22,578 nt of DNA. It comes from Promethearchaeota archaeon. GTDB lineage: Archaea; Asgardarchaeota; Lokiarchaeia; Sigyniarchaeales; SOKP01. The first letter of the stretch is position 1. Each line of letters starts with the position of its first letter. The translations under genes and the position numbers were made by a program. The notes under the pieces were generated by a model, which did not search any database, was not told the origin of the DNA, and saw nothing but the letters and a program-made list of their open reading frames with translations. The DNA lies in NCBI GenBank assembly GCA_004524535.1, contig SDNY01000054.1:1-22578 (forward strand). The letters are read 5' to 3'. Below are positions 8,559 to 16,497 of this stretch, one piece after another.

Positions 8559-9548
8559 ATGATTGATAAGATGAAAATTAAATTAGATACCAATGAAATG
8601 CCCAAACCCCCTCCAATTGAGGTTTTAGAACCAGTAAAAAAGAGTATAGATGAAATAAACCGTTATACGCCCCAAATTGAAGTCAATAAATTAGTTAAAT
8701 TAATAGCAAATTATTCAAAAGCACCTGAAAATTCAATAATTTTAAGTTCAGGCTCAGATATTTTAATTAAAGAATTAATTTTTCTTTTTTCAAGAGAAAG
8801 AGAAATTATCATCGCTGATCCTACCTTCTTTTTAATTTCTAATGCAGCTCAAAAAACATCATCTCCACTATTGAAAATTAGATTAAGAGAACCAGAATTC
8901 AACCTCTTAATAGACTCGTTTATCGATGAGATTAATAAGCCAACCTTGATCGTATTTGATAATCCAAATAATCCTACAGGAAGTCTGCTTTTAAATCAAA
9001 AAGATGTTAAAATGATTTTAGAAAATGAAAATGTGATTTTATTAATAGACGAGGCATATTTTGAATTTTCAAAAATATCTTTCGCTAATTTGATAAAGGA
9101 TTATCCAAATTTAGCTGTATCAAGAACTTTTAGTAAATCGTTTGCTTTAGCAGGATCAGGAATAGGATATTTAATCGCCGGGGAGATAATTCAAAAAAGA
9201 TTTGAAGGGCTTGATATAATGCTTCCATCTCCAAGCGTAATTGCTGCAATCCATGCCTTAGATAATATTGATTATATGATTAAATATATTGAAGAAATTG
9301 ACCAAGAAAAAAAGAGAATAATGAGTTTAGTATCAGATATGGATTTAATAGTTTACCCGAGTTATACAAATTTTTTTCTAATGAAATCAAAAATGCATGA
9401 TCTTGCAAGAACACTCGCAGAACATGATGTACTAGTCTCTGATGTATCAAATCATTATTCCTTAAGTTCGGAATTTATTCGAGTCACTATAGGAAAAAAA
9501 GAGGAAAATGATTATTTTATAAAAAACTTAAGAAACATTGTTTCTTAA
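8559..9548 (+). CDS. hisC: PLP-dependent aminotransferase, histidinol-phosphate aminotransferase (HisC/CobD) family
   Basis: LDTNEMP, NRYT, GSDILI, NPNNPTG, IDEAYFEF, SRTFSK (PLP lysine), TNFFL, FIRVTIG..EEND. Confidence 0.7.
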   Translation: MIDKMKIKLDTNEMPKPPPIEVLEPVKKSIDEINRYTPQIEVNKLVKLIANYSKAPENSIILSSGSDILIKELIFLFSREREIIIADPTFFLISNAAQKTSSPLLKIRLREPEFNLLIDSFIDEINKPTLIVFDNPNNPTGSLLLNQKDVKMILENENVILLIDEAYFEFSKISFANLIKDYPNLAVSRTFSKSFALAGSGIGYLIAGEIIQKRFEGLDIMLPSPSVIAAIHALDNIDYMIKYIEEIDQEKKRIMSLVSDMDLIVYPSYTNFFLMKSKMHDLARTLAEHDVLVSDVSNHYSLSSEFIRVTIGKKEENDYFIKNLRNIVS

Positions 9549-9626
9549 GAGAATAATAAAAATTTAAAAAAGAATATATAGCGTTAAACATTGAAAATTA
9601 TAAATTTTAATTAAAAATTAAAAATC

Positions 9627-10142
9627 ATGTCAGAATTTGTATTTAAAGTTATACTTATTGGACCGGGAGCTGTCGGTAAGACAAGTTTACTTCATAGATT
9701 CGTGCAGAATAAATTCTCTGAGAGATATGAACTGACTATTGGGGTAGATTTTTTAGCAAAAACTGTGGAATTGGATCAATGTGTTGCGAGGCTTACGATA
9801 TGGGATATCGGTGGCCAAGACCGATTTAAATTCATGCGTAATCGTTTTTACGATGGGGCAATGGGGGCTCTCTTAGTTTTTGACCTTACAAGAAGTCAAA
9901 CTTATAAAGAGATTAGAAAATGGCTTGAGGAATTTCGCCAATTTGCTGGAAATAATATTCCTTTTGTATTAATTGGAAATAAAGCCGACTTAGTTGAAGA
10001 TATTGGTGAATCTATAGAAAAAAGCGATGCAAAAAAATTTGCAGAAAACGAAAGAAGTATTTATATTGAAACCTCAGCAAAGACAGGGGAAAATGTTGAA
10101 GATGCATTTATTCAATTAGTTCGAAAAATGATTAATCCTTAA
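9627..10142 (+). CDS. Rab-like small GTPase (eukaryotic signature protein)
   Basis: G1 GPGAVGKT, TIGVDF, G3 WDIGGQ, G4 NKAD, G5 ETSAK. No C-terminal Cys motif. Confidence 0.93.
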   Translation: MSEFVFKVILIGPGAVGKTSLLHRFVQNKFSERYELTIGVDFLAKTVELDQCVARLTIWDIGGQDRFKFMRNRFYDGAMGALLVFDLTRSQTYKEIRKWLEEFRQFAGNNIPFVLIGNKADLVEDIGESIEKSDAKKFAENERSIYIETSAKTGENVEDAFIQLVRKMINP

Positions 10143-10272
10143 AAATTAATTGAATTCTTTTTTTTTCCATGACTTAACCAATAATTTCGCTAAAAATATT
10201 AAATTATAGTTAAGTTTTAAATTAATATTGAATAGAATAAATTAACAAAATTTCAATTTCAATAGATTAAAA

Positions 10273-12657
10273 TTGAAACGGACATCAAAAATAAAATTAT
10301 TATTATTAATATTGGGTATAATTTTCTTAACATTACCTAGTTATTATAATAATTTCAAAAGTGTTCAAATAGATCAAAAAAACGATTTGGATGTCAAATT
10401 AGAGCTTAATTTGAAAGCACCTAAGCCTTCTGATAGTTGGGATCTTACTAATATTACTATCGATGGAAGTGCTACTGGTGTCGATGCCCATAATTGGACA
10501 TGGGCAGAAAAACAGGTTTGGTGCTCGGGCTCAGGTACTGCATCTGATCCATATGTTATCGAGAATATTACTATCATCGATGGTAGCTTAGATAATGGTA
10601 TCCTTATTGGAAATTCTAGCGAGTATTTTAGGATTGAAAACTGTACGATAATTAATTCTGGTTTAGGGAGTTCAAATGCAGGAATTAAATTGATTAATGT
10701 TAACAACGGAACAATCATTAATAATAATTGTACCACTAACTATTTTGGAATATATATGGAAAATTGTACAAATAACACAATTTCAGGAAATTCAATAAAT
10801 AAAAATAGAGATGGTATTAACCTTTTAAAAAGCAATTTCAATAACATAACGGATAACAATATTACCAAGAATAATGATAACGGGATATATATAAACCAAT
10901 GCAACAATATTACCATATTTAAAAATAATGTAAGTGAAAATTTAGGCAATGGTATATATTTTATAAGAGGGATTAATAACACAATTTCAGAAAATAGCGT
11001 AGATAGAAATATTTTGCATGGTATATATATTGAAAGTAGTAATAAGACTAATATTTTAGATAACACCGCATTTGAGAATAATAATAATGGGATATATATA
11101 GATTTGAGTTATAATAACACTATTTTAGGAAACAATATGACACTATGTGGAATAATGATTACCGAAGCTTCAATTAAATTTATGATTTCAAATACTATGG
11201 ACAGTACAAACTTAGTGAATGAAAAACCTTTATATTATTATTTCAATCAAAAATATTTAAAATCTAATGATTTCGATAATGCTGGACAAGTTATATTAAT
11301 CAATTGTAACGATTCAATAATGATTGATTTAAATGTATCTCATGGCTCAGTTGGAATTTCGTTATTTCATTCCAATAATATTACACTAAAATTCATTACG
11401 TCCTCATCCAATAATTACAACGGAATATATATGTATAATGGGATAAATAATACAATTTGGTTATGCCATACAGAAAGAAATAGAAATTATGGGATATATT
11501 TAAAAGATGGTTATGAAAATAATGTTTCAAGTAATACTGCGAATTATAATAATAATGGCTTTTCTTTTGAAAATAATGATAATTTAGTAGTGTATAATAA
11601 TACCGCATATAAAAATAGTGAATATGGGATATATATTTTCAATTGTGGGGGATGCACTGCTTCTGAAAATATTGCAAACAGTAATTCTAATGGGATATAT
11701 ATTTTCAATTGTGGGGGATGCACTGCTTCTGAAAATATTGCAAACAGTAATTCTAATGGGATATATATTAAATATAGTGATTCAATTCAAATTTTGAGAA
11801 ATGTAGCCAACTCTAACAAAGATTATTATGGTCTATATTTATATGATTGTGATTCTTCTATAGTTTCTTTAAACCAAATTAATTCTAATAATTATAGTGG
11901 TTTAAAATTATTCTACTGTGATTTTAATACTATTACTGGAAATATTGCAACTTATAATATTTTTAAAGGGATATATCTAGGTTATTGTGGTAACTCCATA
12001 CTTTCAAATAATTTGGCAAATTCAAATGGAGATAATGGAATATATATCTCTGCGAGCGATGATAATACCATCGAGAGTAATAAGGCAAACGATAACGGCA
12101 ATAACGGAATCTATATATCAACTAGTGATGATAATACCCTCGAGGATAATGAAGCAAATGAGAACGGTAATAACGGAATCTTTTTATCCACTTGCGATGA
12201 TAATGAGATTGTAGATAACGAAGCAAATGAGAATGAAGATGATGGAATATATTTACGTAATAGCAATGATAATAAAATCAAAGATAACACTGTTAATGAT
12301 AATGATGAAAATGGGATACATTTATTTTTAAGCGATGATAACACCATAGAAAAAAATACAATAGAAGATAATGGAGAATATGGAATATTTTTGTATATAA
12401 GTGATAATAATAAAGTAAGAAAAAATACCTTAAAAGGCAATAAAGAATGTATTTACGAGGACATCTGCGAGGGCAATGTCATTGAAAATAATGACTGCGA
12501 CACAGATATAATAGTGATAATAACAGTTATCGTTGTCATTTCTATTGTTGTTGGAATAATTGGCGTTTTAATATTTTTATATAAAAGAGCTAAAAAGAAA
12601 CGAGGCTTAGAATCGGCCGCTAAAAGCCAAAAATCAGCAACTAAAACAGAAGAATAA
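10273..12657 (+). CDS. Membrane-anchored right-handed parallel beta-helix (NosD/PbH1 repeat) surface protein
   Basis: TTG start, N-terminal hydrophobic segment, GSGT.SDPYVIENITI cap, many GI(Y/F)L..S.NN.I..N repeats, and a C-terminal TM helix followed by KRAKKKR. Confidence 0.88.
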   Translation: MKRTSKIKLLLLILGIIFLTLPSYYNNFKSVQIDQKNDLDVKLELNLKAPKPSDSWDLTNITIDGSATGVDAHNWTWAEKQVWCSGSGTASDPYVIENITIIDGSLDNGILIGNSSEYFRIENCTIINSGLGSSNAGIKLINVNNGTIINNNCTTNYFGIYMENCTNNTISGNSINKNRDGINLLKSNFNNITDNNITKNNDNGIYINQCNNITIFKNNVSENLGNGIYFIRGINNTISENSVDRNILHGIYIESSNKTNILDNTAFENNNNGIYIDLSYNNTILGNNMTLCGIMITEASIKFMISNTMDSTNLVNEKPLYYYFNQKYLKSNDFDNAGQVILINCNDSIMIDLNVSHGSVGISLFHSNNITLKFITSSSNNYNGIYMYNGINNTIWLCHTERNRNYGIYLKDGYENNVSSNTANYNNNGFSFENNDNLVVYNNTAYKNSEYGIYIFNCGGCTASENIANSNSNGIYIFNCGGCTASENIANSNSNGIYIKYSDSIQILRNVANSNKDYYGLYLYDCDSSIVSLNQINSNNYSGLKLFYCDFNTITGNIATYNIFKGIYLGYCGNSILSNNLANSNGDNGIYISASDDNTIESNKANDNGNNGIYISTSDDNTLEDNEANENGNNGIFLSTCDDNEIVDNEANENEDDGIYLRNSNDNKIKDNTVNDNDENGIHLFLSDDNTIEKNTIEDNGEYGIFLYISDNNKVRKNTLKGNKECIYEDICEGNVIENNDCDTDIIVIITVIVVISIVVGIIGVLIFLYKRAKKKRGLESAAKSQKSATKTEE
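11624..11769. repeat. Perfect 66-bp intragenic tandem duplication (about 2.2 copies)
   Basis: Identical copies start at 11624 and 11690, with a partial copy at 11756. Encodes GIYIFNCGGCTASENIANSNSN twice. Confidence 0.95.
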
Positions 12658-12747
12658 TAAATCTCAAATTTTAACAAACTGAATAACTTCTATTTTTTTT
12701 TGTTTTATCTTATAATTTTAGAAAATTTAATTATTATTTAATTATTA

Positions 12748-13509
12748 TTAGACAAATCCCTTCTTTTGCTGATATTCTTTTTTCCTTATTTTTAACAATT
12801 TACAAGTTTCTGTTATTGCCGTATCAGAACATCCCGCGATAATTTTACTTTCTTTTTGGTTTAATTTATTCGTAAGATAAATAGCAACACCTATTTTAAC
12901 TGTAAATCTTCTAGGTTTATGTATTTTGTAAAGAAAACTTTCAATGTCTTTATAACATTGTAATGTATCGTCAAATTTAATCCTATTTTTCTTGGAATCC
13001 TCTAATTTATCATATATCTGTCTAAATCTAGTCTGCCCTATTTTACATGATTTCTCAATACAAGCATTTTTTGAATTAAGTTCTTTAATATTAACATCTA
13101 TATTACAAACATTGGAGATACCAAATAGTTTTATCGCTTTTTTATTAAACCGTATTCCTTGTATCTTTTTACTATCCATTTTAATATTTTCAATTTCGTT
13201 CATCAAATGATATATATAGAGCTTCCCCATAGTAACGGAATAAGATTTAAAGAAATGTAAAACACGGTCATAGAAAACCTTAGAACGAATGGTATATTCT
13301 CCAAACTCACAAAACTTCAGTAAAAAATATCTGAACAAAGCCTTTTTTAAGTTTATTATCCTTCCTCTCTTCCCTGTTTCATCATATTTTTTTTTGCATT
13401 CCTTACAATCAGTTGACAAACCATCTTTTTTACTTCTATTTCTAGTAAAAAAATCATTCGTTGCTGGAAATTCTAATTTACAATGACAACAAGTTTTTGT
13501 TTGGATCAT
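12748..13509 (-). CDS. Hypothetical DNA-binding protein: C4 Zn finger, winged-helix-like region, TFB-like C-terminal HTH
   Basis: Zn ribbon KTCCHCK..F....FF......KDGLSTDCKECKK; central FLLKFCEFGEY.IRSK.FY...IQGIRF; C-terminal IGVAIYL...NQKESKIIAGCSDTAI...CKLL. Confidence 0.6.
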   Translation of the reverse strand: MIQTKTCCHCKLEFPATNDFFTRNRSKKDGLSTDCKECKKKYDETGKRGRIINLKKALFRYFLLKFCEFGEYTIRSKVFYDRVLHFFKSYSVTMGKLYIYHLMNEIENIKMDSKKIQGIRFNKKAIKLFGISNVCNIDVNIKELNSKNACIEKSCKIGQTRFRQIYDKLEDSKKNRIKFDDTLQCYKDIESFLYKIHKPRRFTVKIGVAIYLTNKLNQKESKIIAGCSDTAITETCKLLKIRKKEYQQKKGFV

Positions 13510-13553
13510 TTTATCTTTAAAAGTATATTATATATTCGTGAAGTATTCTAATA

Positions 13554-14789
13554 TCAGAGTCTAATCAATTCTGAAAGGGATTTTAGAGATAATCCTGTCT
13601 CTCTATGAAATATGAATATATTTGATATGAAATTGCAATTCTTTATGTTTTTTACCTTGTAGGCCCAATCTTTACGAGATAACTCTTTATCATAGTATTT
13701 TAAATGAGTATAATTAAGAATTTCAGCATCTTCTTCAGGATTATCTAAATCGAAAGTAAGGTGATCACCAAACCGGATTAGGTTTGAATTAATGAAATCA
13801 GTAAATCTAGGATTTTTTTTATAAAATTTTTCAATGTCATACTGAATAGGTCTCTTAATTAATTTAAATGAATTGATAATTAATTCCCCAGTATCAATTT
13901 GTAATACTTCGCTCACATTTCGATCTTTAATAGGTATGTCATTAATATTTGCTGCCAGAAGAATAATTAAACCTAAAGTTAAACGAACATTTAACCCGAA
14001 ACGACGTTTTATTGAGGAATCCAATAATGAAAGAACTAATTTTCGAAAATCATCTGTTAATGTGTACAAACCGATTTCTTTAATCCTATCTAGAATTGAT
14101 TTACATTTATCTAAGTCAAATAGATTATCAAAATATTTACTTTCGAATTTTTCGTTCCAATATCTGATTAAAACATGGTCCTTATTAGACAAATTGAAAA
14201 TACGATTATTTTTATGATATTTTTTATTCAAAATTCTATTTGCTTGATAAAACGCTACGAAAGCAATAATTTTAGGGAAATTGCCCATTTCATTAAATTC
14301 CTCTATTAATTTTCTAGATTTTTTGAAGATTTCGGAACTTACAAAAGTGTATTCTTTCTCTTTATTTTTTAGTATCAATAATGCGTTTTCCTTAATTTTT
14401 CTGTTTGAGACCTCTTGTTCCTTTTGACTTTTAACCAGAATTGGTAATGCGTTTTCCTTAATTTTTCTTTTTGAGTCCTCTTGTTCTTGATTTTCAACCA
14501 GAAGCTCATTTGTATATTTAATATGAGCGTTTTCTAGATAATTATCAACATTTTTTGTAATTAATGAAAATTTATCCCCTTTTTTTCCGATATATTTCTT
14601 TTCTACCATACTTAAAACGATTTTATAAAAATCATCTGTATTTATGGTAGGTAATCCAAAATTTTGAAAGAAATTTAATATATCAATAATCGTGAATAAG
14701 TTATTATTAGTTTTTGGGAGAAATTGAAGAAATTCTTCTTTTCTATTTAAAAAATTAAAAATAATCTGAGTCAATCTATCATCATTCAA
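13554..14789 (-). CDS. Hypothetical protein: wHTH, degenerate TFB/TFIIB-like cyclin repeats, RAMA-like C-terminal domain
   Basis: TTG start with a GGGAGG RBS, 12 nt downstream of the integrase stop. Motif resemblances are given in the findings. Confidence 0.55.
   Translation of the reverse strand: MNDDRLTQIIFNFLNRKEEFLQFLPKTNNNLFTIIDILNFFQNFGLPTINTDDFYKIVLSMVEKKYIGKKGDKFSLITKNVDNYLENAHIKYTNELLVENQEQEDSKRKIKENALPILVKSQKEQEVSNRKIKENALLILKNKEKEYTFVSSEIFKKSRKLIEEFNEMGNFPKIIAFVAFYQANRILNKKYHKNNRIFNLSNKDHVLIRYWNEKFESKYFDNLFDLDKCKSILDRIKEIGLYTLTDDFRKLVLSLLDSSIKRRFGLNVRLTLGLIILLAANINDIPIKDRNVSEVLQIDTGELIINSFKLIKRPIQYDIEKFYKKNPRFTDFINSNLIRFGDHLTFDLDNPEEDAEILNYTHLKYYDKELSRKDWAYKVKNIKNCNFISNIFIFHRETGLSLKSLSELIRL
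14379..14503. repeat. Imperfect intragenic duplication with 66-bp period
   Basis: TAATGCGTTTTCCTTAATTTTTCT... starts at 14379 and at 14445. Protein: QEQEDSKRKIKENALPIL versus KEQEVSNRKIKENALLIL. Confidence 0.85.
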
Positions 14790-14801
14790 TTGTCCCTCCC
14801 T

Positions 14802-16490
14802 CTAATTCATATAAAACATATCATCGATTACAAAAAGAAAATTTATTTCTAATAATTTTTTAAGAAGAATAAATATATCTTTTTTAACTTTAGTGGGATT
14901 ATTTTTCAATATAATCTCATTTAATTCGAAAAACGAAAGCCCTTTACATTCCCTTAATGAAAATTTTTGTTTAAGGTGAAATATTTCTTCTTTCTTAATA
15001 TTGTTAATTTTTTTTTCTGAATTAAACGAAAAATATGAACCGAATCTTTGAATAAAGCCTTTCTGAATCATATTATAGATTAATTGAGTAATTTCATCTG
15101 AAGTAATGTGATAATTATTATCAAGAAAGAATTCTAGGATATCTATAAATGAAAAATAATCTTTTTCAATCTTATCTTCTAAATACTTTTTAAAATTTAA
15201 TTGAAAAATCTTATCAATTTCTAATTTTCTTTTGGATAAAATTTCAATTTTTTTTTGAGAAAATCCAATTTTAACTGAAGGTTCAATAAAGTCTATGAAT
15301 TTTTTTAAATTTAACTCAACACTTCTTAGATGTTGTGTATAAATAATGTATAAAGGATCTAAAGGTTTATGACCAGCAATATATCGTAAATAATCTTCCC
15401 CTAAATCTTTTCTAACTTGATCTGTTTCGGTTATAAAGTATTTTCTTAATAAATGTGCTCTAATAGTTTGATATGGTTTAACATGCAAATGCAGGTGCTT
15501 TATTTTTTCAAAAGATTCCTTTAAATTTTGATTAAACTTGGATCGTAGAAAATCAACTTGGTATTGGATTTCTGGAAAGTAGCAATCTGATCTTTTTAAA
15601 AGAAATCTTATTTTGTTTTTACATTTTTCAGGGACATAATAATTTAAAAGAAGCATTAATTCTTCAGATATAAAGATCTGATGAATCTGTGCGTTTTTTT
15701 TTTTCGTTTTTACTTCAGGTATATAATATCTTCCTTTACCATTATATGAAAAATATTGTAAATCGTCCCATTTAGCGACTAGACAGTTTATTGCGTCTGA
15801 AATTCTTAAACCGGTTTGTGCTAAAAAAAGAGCAATAATTTGATATATAGGAGGCAAGTTATCTAAAAGATCATATAACAATTCTTTCGTGATAATTACT
15901 TCATATTTGCTTGATTTGCCAACATCACTTCTATTATTTAGCCAAGACTCACGAATTAGCGATCTTAAATCAGAGCGTACAAATCCCCAATATTTTGAAA
16001 GATTTCCCTGATGGGATAACCTCCAATTATAATCAAGAATAACTTTACCCTTATTAAAGCCATGTGAAGACTTTGGTAGATAATCTTGATGTAGAAGGAT
16101 CCACTCATTTCGAGATTTTTCATCAGGATTCCCCATGTTTTGGTTAAAATCATTATACATAGATAAAAAAGTTAGAGAATCACATTTGCTTAGATAATCG
16201 AATATCTGAAGATCTCTTTTTTGAGAAAAGATATGTTGATAAAATGGATTGCTTTTCAAATATCTAAACCATTTCTTCGTCTCGTTTAGATACCTAGGGA
16301 CTTTTTTATAATAGACCTTTTCACTAGCAATGTTACCGATAACACTAATAACAAATTTGATATTCTTTTCATGATTCCACCAATCCCATTTTTTTAAATA
16401 CTCTTCATACCTATTTTTTTTCCCATTAGATAATCTATCCATAGATTTGTATTTACGTAATAAATCTCTTTCTAATTCATTTGTCTCCAT
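14802..16490 (-). CDS. Tyrosine recombinase/integrase with C-terminal winged-helix extension
   Basis: The catalytic set appears intact: QTGLRISD (R), KTKK (K), HLLR (HxxR), IAGH (H), YIIY (Y). Start placed at ATG 16490 (METNEL), 7 nt after the upstream stop; 562 aa. Confidence 0.88.
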   Translation of the reverse strand: METNELERDLLRKYKSMDRLSNGKKNRYEEYLKKWDWWNHEKNIKFVISVIGNIASEKVYYKKVPRYLNETKKWFRYLKSNPFYQHIFSQKRDLQIFDYLSKCDSLTFLSMYNDFNQNMGNPDEKSRNEWILLHQDYLPKSSHGFNKGKVILDYNWRLSHQGNLSKYWGFVRSDLRSLIRESWLNNRSDVGKSSKYEVIITKELLYDLLDNLPPIYQIIALFLAQTGLRISDAINCLVAKWDDLQYFSYNGKGRYYIPEVKTKKKNAQIHQIFISEELMLLLNYYVPEKCKNKIRFLLKRSDCYFPEIQYQVDFLRSKFNQNLKESFEKIKHLHLHVKPYQTIRAHLLRKYFITETDQVRKDLGEDYLRYIAGHKPLDPLYIIYTQHLRSVELNLKKFIDFIEPSVKIGFSQKKIEILSKRKLEIDKIFQLNFKKYLEDKIEKDYFSFIDILEFFLDNNYHITSDEITQLIYNMIQKGFIQRFGSYFSFNSEKKINNIKKEEIFHLKQKFSLRECKGLSFFELNEIILKNNPTKVKKDIFILLKKLLEINFLFVIDDMFYMN

Positions 16491-16497
16491 TTTAAAA

